Assembly: GCF_044704955.1 (NCBI RefSeq)
Contig: NC_091986.1
Span: 181,598,001 to 181,662,000 of the forward strand
Direction: 5' to 3'
DNA from: Pristiophorus japonicus
Taxonomy: Eukaryota
DNA: 64,000 nucleotides
Shown: piece after piece, positions 11,680 through 23,814 of the stretch
Layout of the letters: every line of letters begins with the position of its first letter
How positions within the stretch are numbered: position 1 is the first letter of the stretch
Made by a program: the position numbers and the translations under genes
Notes under the pieces: model-generated
The model's input: the letters and a program-made list of their open reading frames with translations, nothing else
The model's database searches: none
Told to the model about the DNA's origin: nothing

Positions 11680-12843
11680 ATGTCAGCTATTATTGCTGGC
11701 TGCTATATTTATAGCAGCGTCGAGCTGCAAGAAGGCTTATTGATAATCATTTTGAATGTAATCGAAGAGGTCACAGACTTATGGGGAGGAGGCCTTACCC
11801 CCCACGAGTTTACAGGAACACCGCTAATACCTGCAATTCTCTGAGGCACTGTGTGTTAGAAGGCAGCACTTCTGAAAAGAAGTGCTGACAGAGATATGCC
11901 AGCTCATACAGGCAGACTTACAGCGTACCAGCGACAACAGGACTATACTACCCGTCGAGGTGAAGGTGACTGTGGCACTTGCCTTCTATGCCTCCGGCTC
12001 CTTTTAGGCATCAGCAGGGGACATGTGCTCCATTTCGCAGCACGCTATACATTGCTGCATTTGCCAAGTGGCTACTACACTGTACGCATGCAAGATGGAC
12101 TTCATAAACTTCCCAATGACCGAGGAGACCCAGAATGAGAGGGCTATAGGTTTTGGAAGATTTGCTGGCTTCCCCAAGGTTCAGGGTACCATTGACTGTA
12201 TGCACATCGCCCTGCGAGCACCCTTACTCAATCCAGAAGTTTACTGAAACTGAAAGGGATTCCACTCCATGAATATACAGATCGCCTGCGACCATACTCA
12301 GTCAATGCCAAATATCCAGGAAGCATCAGTGATGCTTTCATCCTGTGTGAGAGCACTGTCTCAGGCCTGTTCCAGCGTCAACCACAAGGCCAGAGCTGGA
12401 TGCTAGGGGACAAAGGTTACGGCCTCGCCACCTGGCTCATGACCCCCCTCCGGACAGACAGAAGCCGAGCATCGCTATAATGAGAGCCATGCAGTCATAC
12501 GCAACATCGTCGAACAGACAATTGGAGTGCTAAAGCAGCGCTTCCGATGCCTGGACCACTCTAGAGGCTGCCTACAATACCCCCCTCAGCAGGTCTCTGA
12601 GTTCATTGTGGTGTGCTGCATGCTACACAACTTAGCCATCATGAGGAAACAGGATTTGCCACTGGTGACTGTCGAACCACCTCAGGAGAAAGGGGGGATG
12701 AGGAGGAGGGGGAGGAGGAAGAGGAGCCTGGTGAGGAACCTATGTCACCACCGCAACAACAACCACCATAGGGGAGGCCTTGCGGAGCTTTCGTCGCTGC
12801 AAAAGCCTTACATCAGCAGTTCATAATTGAACGCTTTGCTTGA
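11680..12843 (+). pseudogene. Harbinger DDE transposase (HARBI1-like), disrupted
   Basis: Motifs VKVTVALAFYASGSF, GFPKVQGTIDCMHIAL, KGFHSMN, KYPGSISDAFIL, MLGDKGY, IVEQTIGVLKQRFRCLD, VCCMLHN and an acidic tail. Several stops and frameshifts. Confidence 0.9.
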
Positions 12844-13071
12844 AGAGTGAGCAGCATGTTTAACCATAGCCTGGCCACTCTATCCCACCTTGTTTCTTAT
12901 TCTCCAAATGTGACACTACACAGGAATGGTGAACAAAATAATTTATTAAACATTGTAAACTTTTTGAACTTTGTAAACATAATTGTGAAACTTTAATAAA
13001 ATTTATTATACATTGTGAAGTTTTATAACTTTTTGAACAGAATTAGGAAACTTTGAAAACTTCAATAAAAT

Positions 13072-13100
13072 AACAACAACAACAACAACAACAACAACAG
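13072..13100. repeat. (AAC)n microsatellite
   Basis: About 9 aac units between the two convergent Harbinger genes. Confidence 0.9.
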
Positions 13101-14017
13101 CAAAACTACAACCCCTGCCCCAACTGTCTTTTACCACCGGCTCTTCCCCCACCTTAAGTTTACCCCTAGCCCCTCCCTCGCCTGATGCCTCTACCCAAAG
13201 TAGCACCAAGAGTTTGTGCAGCAAGGCGGCCAGAGTCCTGCTGAATTGGGGGGAGAGACATTGGAGACGCCATCTGGAGACTCACTGGATCAGCTCGTGG
13301 CATGGAAGTACCGGCTTCTGACTAGCGAGCCTCTTGATCGGCGTCGCCAGTCACAGATGGTGTGGGGTGGGTCTGGGTGTCACACTGGAGCCAGTGTGAC
13401 TGGTGGAGGCCTCGCAGGTTTCGCGGCTCACACCAACAGTCTACGACCCTACCTCCATTATGGTCAAAGTGAGTTTCTCGATGCTCGCGATAATCCTCCT
13501 CAGGATATCAAGGAACTGACGGGTGAGCTGGATGCTCTTCCTGTACAGTCCCACCATGTCCAGTTCCACATCTGCCTGTCTCTCAGCAGACTGACTTCGA
13601 CGACTCACCCTCCGGAGAGATGGCATATGGGATTCGACCCCAGAACTGGATTGCTGTACGCCACTAGTCCCAGGAGCCTCAGAGATCTCAAAGCACGGGA
13701 ATGTAAGGTCTTCCTCGGATGAGGTGCTTGCCAGTGACAAAAGAGTTGTCGAGTGCATCTGTCCCCCCCACCCTGAGTAGATTGCTTCGTCAACTCCTCT
13801 TCCTCAAATTCCTCCTCCTCCTCCACATGATGGCCTGAAGTGGAGGGTTGATGTGAGAGATGCAGTGCCTGTGACTGGTCATCTGGAAGTAGAAAGCAAC
13901 AGATGAGTAGTTAGCAGCAGGGGAGGGGGCAGGGTGGCATGAGGAAGGTCACATAGCACAGGCTCATTTGAAGGACCACTGCTACTCCATTATATGTAGT
14001 CCAGAGACACAGCAGGG

Positions 14018-14241
14018 CATTGTCCCAACCCTAGTCCACGTGCACTGCATGACATTGCCCCAACCCTAGTCCAGAGACACTGCTTCACATTGTCCCAACC
14101 CTAGTCCACATGCACTGCATGACATTGCCCCAACCCAAGTCCACAGACACTGCTTCACATTGTCCCAACCCTAGTCCACAGACACTGAATCACTTTGCCC
14201 CAACCCTAGTCCACAGACACTGAATCACATTGTCCCAACCC
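14018..14241. repeat. 35-bp minisatellite in Harbinger ORF2 intron 2
   Basis: About 6.4 copies of cattg(t/c)cccaaccctagtccacagacactgNNtNa. Confidence 0.9.
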
Positions 14242-14681
14242 ACCCCGGAGATTGTGCAGGACTTACCCTCAGTATCCAAGTGGGGATCAGCACCCCCACG
14301 GGCAGTTGCCTGACCTAACACGCCGATGAGTCCTGCCACTCGCTCCTCCAAGTCGGTGAATGGCAGGGTCTGAGGTGGACTGCCGCCTGTATGTCGCTGC
14401 TCCCGGTGGTTATGTGACTTCTTTGCCTGCAAAGATGAAAATGGGAATTGTTACCAGAGGGTCCATCTGCTCTTGTGGCACACACAAATAGCCACCAAAG
14501 CACTTATACCATACTGTGTGAATGTAATACAGCCCTCTGTTTAATGGCCTTGGAAGTTGCACGTGGTTCATCAGCAGGACATCGAAGTGTGGAAACATCT
14601 TTTGAGATCTCAGAAAGCAATCTTAATAATGTGTAAAGATCATTCATGGCAAATAGGGTACCAAACTAGCAAATAGGGTGT

Positions 14682-15102
14682 CATAGAAACATAGAAACAT
14701 AGAAAATAGGTGCAGGAGCAGGCCATTCAGCCCTTCTAGCCTGCACCGCCATTCACTGAGTTCATGGCTGAACATGAAACTTCAGTACCCACTTCCTGCT
14801 TTCTCGCCATACCCCTTGATCCCCCGAGTAGTAAGGACTTCATCTAACTCCCTTTTGAATATATTTAGTGAATTGGCCTCAACTACTTTCTGTGGTAGAG
14901 AATTCCACAGGTTCACCACTCTCTGGGTGAAGAAGTTTCTCCTCATCTCGGTCCTAAATGGCTTACCCCTTATCCTTAGACTGTGACCCCTGGTTCTGGA
15001 CTTCCCCAACATTGGGAACATTCTTCCTGCATCTAACCTGTCTAAACCCGTCAGAATTTTAAACGTTTCTGTGAGGTCCCCTCTCATTCTTCTGAACTCC
15101 AG
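14682..15102 (-). mobile_element. young CR1 3' fragment in Harbinger ORF2 intron 1
   Basis: MRGDLTETFKIL...WNSLPQKVVEANSLN and a (catagaaa)n tail. Nearly identical to 39975-40383. Confidence 0.95.
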
Positions 15103-15704
15103 TATTATAATTTAAGTAATGAAGGAGCGCATCAATAAAAATTGTACTCACTCTGACGACCCTTGAATGATCGTTGCATTTCTTCCGGCACTGTGTTGCA
15201 TTCCTTTCCATGGTGTCGGAGGCAGAGACCTCCTCTGCAATTTCCCTCCAGATTCTGTTGAATACTGATGGGAGGGGTCTAGATCCACCCCTCCTGTACA
15301 ATTCAGGCCATCTCCGCTCCATTGCCCCCACTAGAGCCTCGTTTGCCTCTGGGCTCAATCGCCTCGCATGCTGCCTCGACTCCTCGTCCTCCATCCTCAA
15401 AATCCAAAAGTAAAATGGCTGATTCAGCCTCGGGTGTACTGCGCGTGCGGCGGTCGCTCCCTGCATTAGTGTTTGCAATCGGACAGCAGAACAGAAGCAG
15501 GGAAGAAAAAAAAAATTGCGCATGCGCAGAAGGGCCGATTTTGTTGTGCAACGTCGGAGTTGGCGCTAACGCTCGTCGACAACTTTCATTTAGCAAAATT
15601 TGCGCACTCTGGTGCTCAAGCAAACCCAGTGCTAAAACAAAAATTTCACTACGATTTGCGCCCACAAACGGGCGAAATCGCAAAAACCTGAAAATCCAAC
15701 CCCT

Positions 15705-16143
15705 TAAGTGAAGGCATTTTTCCTCATCTCAGTCCTAAATGGCTGATCCCTTATTCTGAGACTCTGACCCCGTGTTCTAGATTCCTCAGCCAAGCGAAAC
15801 ATTTTCTCAGCATTCACCCTGTAAAGCACCTTAAGAATTTTATATTTTCAATTAGATCACCTCTTATTCTTCTAAACCCTAGGGAATATATGCCTAGTCT
15901 ACTCAATCTCTCCTCATAGGACAATCCCCTCATCCCAGGAACCAGTCCAGTGAACCTTCCTTGCACTCCCTCTAAGGCAAGTTTGTCTTTCCTTAGGTAA
16001 GGAGACCAGAACGCCAGGTTTGGCTTCACCAATGACCTGTATAATTGTAGTAAGACTTCTTTACTCTTATACTCTAATCCATTTGTAATGAAAGCTAACA
16101 TACCATTTGCTTTCCTAATTATTTGCTGTACCTGCATGTTAAC
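15705..16143 (-). mobile_element. CR1 3' fragment (middle part; tail at 11209-11247, 5' stub at 20500-20522)
   Basis: QVQQIIRKANGMLAFI...RGLSYEERLSRLG. Continuity holds across the Gypsy TSD (catgttaac|ttaaccttctgtgattcatgcac). Confidence 0.85.
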
Positions 16144-16350
16144 TGTTATGTATTTATGCTTGGGGTCACCAGACACCAGGGGGCGTCACTGTCGGAGGTC
16201 ATCAGGCTGTACGCGCGCGTGTGCGGTCACTGGTATATAAGCGCAGGTACCATGTCACGCGGGTTACTTTGGGTGCGAATAAAGTTGAATCCGGTTTACA
16301 CCTGAGGCAGTTTACAGTAACAAGTCTTGTGAGTCATTGCATTCATTACA

Positions 16351-16363
16351 TTTGACGACGAGG
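16351..16363 (+). other. primer-binding site (tRNA-Ser-like)
   Basis: tttgacgacgagg immediately after the 5' LTR is a degraded TGGCGACGAGG, complementary to the 3' end of tRNA-Ser(GCT). Confidence 0.7.
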
Positions 16364-16388
16364 TAACTTAAGAACCTTCGCATGTACA

Positions 16389-19300
16389 ATGGGCATTATT
16401 GGAATTCTGTAGAGATTCGGGGATGGCGAGGATTGGGCAGATTTTATCGACCGCCTGGATCAATAATTTGTGGCCAACAAAATAGAGGGAGAGGCTGACG
16501 CAGTTCGGCGCAGGGCGGTTTTCCTCATCGTTTGTGGTCCAAAAATTTATGGTCTCATGAAGAATATTCACTTGCCTTTACATCCAACTGACAAAGAATA
16601 TGGGGATTTGTGTTCTTTTGTGCCTGATCATCTTAAGCCAAAAGAGGGGATCATCATCTCACGCTATCGCTTCTACACGCATGTTCATGCTGAGGGCCAG
16701 GATGTGCCGAGATTCGTCGCCGACCTGTGACGTCTTGCTGAGCTGTGTAAGTTTGGGAACGTATTGGAAGACATGCTGCGAGATTTCTTCGTGAAAGGCA
16801 TCAACCATAAAGTGATTCTTCGGAAGTTATTGGCCGAAGAGAAGCTGGACTTGAGAAAGGCCATCGCGACTGCCCAGGCATGCATGAATACTGATGATAA
16901 TTTGAGGCAGATATCATCGAAGAGTCGGAGCTCCACGGCAAGTACTGTAAACAAGATTGTGTCATCGTTTGGCAGAGCTTCCTCTGGCAGGGCCTACTCG
17001 ACTGCTTATGTGAAACCTGTAGCTGCTCAATGTCTGCCAACTGGTACAAATTCGATTTCACCCTGTTGGCGTTGTAGGGGCAATCATTGGCCTCATCAGT
17101 GTCAGTTTAAACAGTACTCTTGTAATGGCTGTTCGAAAGTGGGGCATCTTCAGGGAACGTGCCCACAACTGAGCAAGCGTGCTGCAGCTCATCACATTGC
17201 TGATGATGACCAGTCCAGTGCTGGCCCAGACACACAATCCGAGGAGGAAGTGTATGGTCTGTATTCATTCTTAGGAAGGAGCCAGCAGATAATCGTTAAT
17301 GTGAAGTTGAATGGCGTGCCTGTATCAATGGAGCTGGACACGGGTGCGAGTCTGTCAATACTGAGCCAAAGAACATTCGACAAGCTGTGGGACACTGAGG
17401 CTGTGAAGCCTAAGCTGAGTCCAATCAATGCCAACTTGCGTACTTACACTAAGGAACTCATACCGGCGATTGGCAGTGCAGTAATCAAGGTGTCATATGA
17501 TGGTGTGGTTCATGATCTGCCATTATGGATTGTCCCAGGTAATGGTCCAATGCTGTTCGACAGGAATTGGCTCGAGAAAATTGAGTGGAATTGGAATGAT
17601 ATCAAAGCGTTGTCATCGGTGGATGACATTTCGTGTGCTCAAGTGTTGAAGACGTTTCCTTCTTTGTTTGAACCGGATATTGGTAATTTTACTTGAGCCA
17701 AGGTGCAGATTCACCTGGATTTTGATGCAAGGCCTGTCTATCATAAAGCTCAGTCTGTTCCCTACATGATGAGGGAGAAGGTTTAAATTGAGCTTGACAG
17801 ACTCCAACTTGAAGGGGTCATATCACCGGTTGAGTTTAACGAGTGGGCCAGTCCTATTGTTCCTGTGTTGAAGAGTGATGGTACTGTCAGGATTTATAGA
17901 GACTACAAGGTTACGATTAACCGACTTTCGAAACAGGATCAGTATCCGTTACCGAAGGCTGATGACCTGTTCGCCAAGCTAGCTGGTGGAAAGTCGTTCA
18001 CTAAACTGGATCTGACATCAGCCTATATGACACAGGATCTTGTCGACACTTCGAAGAAACTCACCTGCATTAACACCGCTAAAGGACTGTTTGTCTACAA
18101 CAGGTGTCCTTTTGGAATTCGTTCGGCTGCAGCCATATTTCAGAGGAATATGGAGAATCTATTGAAGTCCATTCCTAGAACTGTCATATTTCAAGATGAC
18201 ATTCTGGTCACAGGTCATAACACTACTGAACATCTGAACAATCTTGAAAAAGTCTTACATCATCTGGACAAAGTGGGATTAAGGCTGAAACATTTGAAAT
18301 GTGTCTTCATGGCATCTGAAGTTGAATTCCTGGGGAGGAAGATTGCTGCTGATGGCATCAGGTCTACTGATTCGAAAACTAAGGCCATCAAAAATGCACC
18401 CAGGCCTCAGAATGTGACGGAGCTGCATTCATTCCTTGGGCTACTTAACTACTTTGGTAATTTCCTATCCAGATTGAGCACTTTGTTAGAGCCACTGCAC
18501 GTGCTACTCAGAAAAGGTGACAACTGGGTTTGGGGTGTGTTTCAAGATAGAGCCTTTGAGAAAGCTAAGAATCTGCTCTGTTCAAACAAGTTGCTTGTTC
18601 ATTATGATCCATGTAAGCATCTTGTATTGGCCTGTGATGCTTCATCATATGGGATTGGCTGTGTACTCCAACAAGCAAATGAGTCTGGTAAGCTACAACC
18701 TGTTGCGTATGCTTCGAGAAGTTTATCAAAGGCATATCCAGAGGTGGGCATTGACATTGTCTGCCTATGATTATGTTATTCATCATAGATCTGGCACTGA
18801 GAATTGTGCCGATGCACTGAGTCGTCTGCCGTTGCCCACACCTGAGGTGGAGATGCCTCAACCTGCAGATCTACTGTTAGTAATGGATGCTTTTGAGAGT
18901 GAAGGAACTCCTGTCACTGTTCAACAAGTTAGGATCTGGACCAGCCATGACCCTATTTTATCAGTTGTGAAACGTTGTATCCTCAGTGGTCATTTGTCTG
19001 CAATACCTATGCAAATGTGTGATGAGACCAAACCTTACAACCATCGCAAAGATGAACTGTCCATTCAGTCAGATTGTTTACTGTGAGGTAATCGTGATGT
19101 TATGCCGAAGAAAGGTAGAGAAAAATTTGTATGTGAACTGCATAGCACTCATCCTGGTATTGTCAGGATGAAAACCATTGCTAGGGCTCATGTATGGTGG
19201 CCTGGAATTGACTCTGATCTGGAATCATGTGTGCATCAGTGCAACACTTGCATGCAGCTAAGTAAAGCACCAGCGGAATCGCCACTGAGTCTTTGGTCGT

Positions 19301-20259
19301 GACCATCTAAACCATGGTCAAGGATCCACATCGATTTTGCAGGTCCCTTCCTGGGAAAGATGTTTTTTGTTGTGGTGGATGCATTTTCAAAGTGGATAGA
19401 GTATATTATTATGTCATCCAGTACACCTACAGCTACTATTGAGAGCCTTTGTGTCGTGTTTGCTACTCATGGTTTGCTTGACATTGTTGTGAGCGACAAC
19501 GGATCTTGCTTCACAAGGCTGGAGTTTCAAGAGTTCATGAAACTCAATGGTATTAAACATGTGAGGTCAGCCCCATTCAAACCTGCTTCTAATGGTCAAG
19601 CAGAGAGCATGCTGTTCAAACGATCAAGCAGAGTATGAAACGTGTAACTCATGGTTCACTGCAGACTCGCTTGTCCTGTATACTGCTCAGTTACAGGACC
19701 AGACCTCATATGCTTACTGGGGTGTTCCCTGCTGAACTACTGATGAAGAGAAATCTCAAGGCCAAGCTCTCTTGTTCATCCTGATTTGAATGATCGTGTT
19801 GAAAACAGATGTCAAAGTCAGCAAGGGTATCATGATCGTGCTGCTGTGTCACGTGACATCTCTGTCAACGATCCGGTTTATGTACTGAACTATGGTCAAG
19901 GTTCAAAGTGGATCGCCTGTACGGTTACAGCCAAGGAGGGTAACAGAGTGTTTATTGTCGTACTCAAGAATGGGCAAACATGCAGGAAACATGTTCAGAT
20001 AAAACTGCGGCACACGGATGAACTGGAACCGCTTGAGGAAGATGCAGTCAGTGACCAACCAACCAATGTTCATTCATCAGAGGACTTTGCTGTCATTATT
20101 GAAACTGGACCTCCAGTCTCTGATGTGATCATTACCTCTCCCATCAGATCAGCTACTCAGCCTTCAGTCACAACTGACTCAGAACGCTCACCTAGAACTG
20201 AAGTTGAACTGAGACGATCAACTCGTGAGCGGAAAGTCCCAGACCATCTTAATTTGTAA
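16389..20259 (+). pseudogene. Gypsy gag-pol (gag, 2 zinc knuckles, protease, RT, partial RNase H, integrase)
   Basis: CWRCRGNHWPHQC and CNGCSKVGHLQGTC; MELDTGAS; PFG...FQDD; LACDAS; HSTH...CNTC; VVDAFSKW...VSDNG...SNGQAE. Many stops. Confidence 0.93.
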
Positions 20260-20280
20260 AAAGACTGATATTAAGATCTT

Positions 20281-20292
20281 GAAAGGGGATGT
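20281..20292 (+). other. polypurine tract
   Basis: gaaaggggatgt directly before the 3' LTR. Confidence 0.75.
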
Positions 20293-20522
20293 TGTTATGT
20301 ATTTATGCTTGGGGTCACCAGATACCAGGGGACGCCACTGTTGGAGGTCATCGGGCTGTATGCACGCGTGCGTGGTCACTGGTATATAAGCGCGGGTACC
20401 ATGTCACACGGGTTACTTTGGGCGTGACTAAAGTTGGATCAGGTTTACACCTGTGGCAGTTTACAGTAACAAGTCTTTTGAGTCATTACATTCATTACAT
20501 TAACCTTCTGTGATTCATGCAC

Positions 20523-21600
20523 AAAAGTGTGAGGTAATACATTTTGGAAGGAAGAATGAGGAGAGACAATACAAGCTAAATGATACAATTTTAAAGGGGG
20601 GTGCAAGAAGAGAAAGACCTGGGGGTGTTTGTGCAAAAATCTTTGAAGGTGTCCGGACAGGTTAACAAAGCAGTTAATAAAGCATGTGGGATCCTGGGAT
20701 TTATAAATAGAGGCATAGATTACAAAAGCCAGGAAGTTATACTAAACCTATATAAAATACTAGTTTGGCTCCAACTGGAGTATTGTGTCCGATTCTGGAC
20801 ACCACACTTTAGGAAGGACATGAAGACTTTGGAGAGGGTACTGAAGAGATTTACTAGAAAAGTTCCAGGGATGAGGGGTAAGCCATTTAGGACCGAGATG
20901 AGGAGAAACTTCTTCACTCGAGAATTGTGAACCTGTGGAATTCTCTACCACAGAAATTTGTTGAGGCCAGTTCGTTAGATATATTCAAAAGGGAGTTAGA
21001 TGTGGCCCTTACGGCTAAAGGGATCAAGGGGTATGGGGAGAAAGCAGCAATGGGGTACTGAAGTTGCATGATCAGCCATGTCATATTGAATGGTGGTGCA
21101 GGCTTGAAGGGCTGAATGGCCTACTCCTGCACCTACTTTCTATGTTTCTATGTTTCTATGAGGGATTACAATTATGTGGATAGACTGGAAAAGCTGGGGT
21201 TGTTCTCCTTAGAGCAGAGAAAGCTAAGTGGAGATTTGATAGAGGTATTTGAAATCATGAAGAGTTTAAATAGTGTAAATAAAGAGAAACAATTTCCAAT
21301 GGCTGAAGAGTTGATAACCAGAGGGCAGAGTTAAGCTAATTGGCAAAAGAATCAAGGCGACAAGAGGAAAAACTTTTTTTATGCAACGAGTGCTTAGGAT
21401 TTGGAATACACTGCCTGATAGTGTGGTAAATACAGATTCAATAGCAGCCTTCACAAGGGAATTGGATAAATACTTGGAGGAAAAACAATTGCAGAGATAG
21501 GGTGAATGAGCAGGAGTGTGGGACTAACTGGATTTCTCTTCGAAAGAGCCGGCACAGACTCGATGGGCCGAATGGCCTCCTTCTGCACTGTATAATCCTA
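20523..21600 (+). mobile_element. older CR1 (outer element, right part) with a younger CR1 3' piece at about 20875-21160
   Basis: KCEVIHFG...EEKDLGV...LEYCVRFW. Interrupted at gggatgagg by GKPFRTEMRRNFF...(tttctatg)n, then resumes agggattacaattatg. Confidence 0.85.
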
Positions 21601-21602
21601 TA

Positions 21603-22183
21603 GGCTAGATTTTTGGTTGTCGGCGAAAATGGTAGTTTTACGCCAAAATTACCGATTTTGCTACGCTACCGTTTTTAGGCCTAAATTTCGGCCTTTATGT
21701 CTGCGGTACAGTCGGCGTTGCACGAGGATTCACGGCGCAAACCACGAGTTTCGGCAACTTTAGTCCGAGGCCACTAATGCTGTGAGAAAGACCTTGGGAG
21801 AGGGGAAAAACAAGCAAAAAAAAATTGCAAGAAACATTCAAAAAACTTTCATAAAACATTCACAAAACCCTTACCTTCTAAATCGCTGAAAAAGAATGAA
21901 AAAGTAAAAACTGTTAACTTACCTTTTTTGCAGGTCTTCATACTTACCGCTGCTGGCAGGGTTGCACCGACAGGTTTGCCTGTTGGTATTCTGGACATGG
22001 CAGAGAATGCCGAAAGTACGACAGTAATGCAATCCACGGTGTTGCACTTCGTTTCACATCGGCAAACCTCTCCCCGGCGGTACGTGGAAGCACTGCCGCA
22101 AAGAGATCCCGCCAACCGGGTTTTCGCCGCGGAGGGTCAAATCACGACGAAAATCTGGTCACAAAGTCGGCGAAAATCTAGCA
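21603..22183 (-). mobile_element. Harbinger-type TIR element, family A
   Basis: TIRs ggctagattttt ... gaaaatctagca. Reverse-complement homology to 3512-4021 and 29028-29598. Confidence 0.75.
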
Positions 22184-23104
22184 TAGATTCTACGACTTCA
22201 GACCAAATGTTCCTGCCCCTGCACCTTGCGACAGAAAGTTGGAAGAGCTCCCTTATCCGTGTACATTTCTCCCTGCCCAATGTTCCTATAATTCGCTGTG
22301 CCCAAGTGATTTGATCGGCCCAGGCACAGGAATAAGAGCATCTGCCCCATCATGCTTGGCGCTGTGTTTGGTGTTTAATACAAAAGCAAGTAAAGTCCAG
22401 TTGCTTTCACCTTGCTGAAAACAATTGTGCTGGGAGTTTTTATTTCACCAGTGGATCTTTTACTGTCAATATGATGGAGAAGGACAGGTGGATATTTTTT
22501 CTGAAAACTAGTCCCAAATGTACTCATTGTTACTTTTCCGCCCTTAAGACTGGATGACCCACCAGCTGGGTCTAAAAGATTCGGTTGAATTTAGAGAGAA
22601 CTGGATGTTAAAAAGGTCAGCTTGAAACTGTACCGCTATCATTGCTACTATTTTAGGATTACACTGTTATTAACTGTAACATGAGTTTTCCAGTGCAGAC
22701 TGCTTGCTGATGGGGCCTACTGTACAGCAATCACTCTTCAGTACAATGAGTCAGAACTCTGCTATGGTGTGTACTGAAGTGTGAACAGCAACAATACAGA
22801 TCTGGCACAAGTTAACAGTACACTACTGTCAATTATTTTCCAGTTTATTTTTGGTTTCAGGCTCATGTTATAGACTGTTCTACTTAAGTTCAAGTCTTAT
22901 TTAAGAACGAATAGTTCCATGTATGGAATTTTTCCAATTAAATTCTGTGCTAACCTCTTGTTAACGCAAGTTATTGGGGCACCTCAATGGATCAATGGGT
23001 AAAGGCACTGGCTGGTGAGCAGTGAATATTCAGACCTGGAAAGTTCCAGGTTCAGTCCTTGTTCTGTGTTGAGTTAGTATATTGCAGCCATGGCAGTGGG
23101 TATG

Positions 23105-23720
23105 AGTTTTTTTAATATTCACTCTTGGGAGGTGGGTGTCTCTGGCAACACTGGCAATTTATTGTCCATCCCTAGTTTCCCTGAGAAGGTGGTGGTGGGC
23201 TTTCTTCTTGAACCCTAACAGTTTGACGAACTTCAGAGCATAGTTAACTACATTTGTGGGGGACTAGAGTACATATACATAGAAACATAGAAAATAGGTG
23301 CAGAAGTAGGCCATTCGGCCCTTTGAGCCTGCACCACCATTCAATAAGATCATGGCTGATCATTCACCTCAGTACCCCTTTCCTGATTTCTCTCCATACC
23401 CCCTGATCCCTTTAGCCACAGGGCCATATCTAACTCCCTCTTGAATACATCTAACGAACTGGCATCAACAACTCTCTGCGCTAGAGAATTCCACAGGTTC
23501 ACAATTCTTTGAGTGAAGAAGTTTCTCCTCATCTCGGTCCTAAATAGCTTACCCCTTATCCTTAGACTGTGACCCCTGATTCTGGACTTCCCCAACATCG
23601 GGAACATTCTTCCTGCATCTAACCTGTCCAGGCCCATCAAATCAGGTAAGGCCCACAGGTTTCCTTCCCTAAAGGACATTAGTGAACCAGTTGGGTTTTT
23701 ATGACAATCTAACACCTTCA
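23105..23720 (-). mobile_element. family B SINE split by a CR1 3' fragment (23277-23638)
   Basis: SINE tail at 23105, CR1 (catagaaa)n tail and WNSL motif inside, SINE body resumes (caggtaaggcccacagg...agtgaaccag). Confidence 0.7.
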
Positions 23721-23814
23721 TGCTCAAGCAGGTCTTTTCCTGGTGATATCACTGCAATTTCTGCTTCTGAATGATTAGTTCATTCCCTCCCCCCTTAGTT
23801 GAACCTTAAGTGGA

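Larger units (their letters stand above)
13150..15394 (-). pseudogene. Harbinger ORF2 Myb/SANT-like DNA-binding protein, 3 exons (15394-15152, 14426-14267, 13882 to about 13150)
   Basis: Exon 1 MEDEESRQHARRLSPEANEALV...W..L...W.EIAEEV...R.ATQCRKKCND. Splice sites gtgagt, tttgcag, gtaagt and ctaac...ttccag give compatible phases (0, then 1). Exon 3 is frameshifted and its end is approximate. Confidence 0.8.
11248..15703 (+). mobile_element. full-length decayed Harbinger/PIF DNA transposon
   Basis: TIRs tggctgtattttcggttcatttgc ... gcaaaaacctgaaaatccaacccc, right flank tta. Contains a transposase on + and a Myb/SANT gene on -. Confidence 0.9.
16144..20499 (+). mobile_element. full-length decayed Ty3/Gypsy LTR retrotransposon
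   Basis: 207-bp LTRs at 16144-16350 and 20293-20499 (TG..CA), TSD TTAAC on both sides, PBS, PPT and gag-pol. Confidence 0.97.

Noticed and set aside
14018-14241. CRISPR-like or telomeric array
   Set aside because: Units are tandem without unique spacers in a eukaryotic context, and aaccctag is not a (TAACCC)n run.
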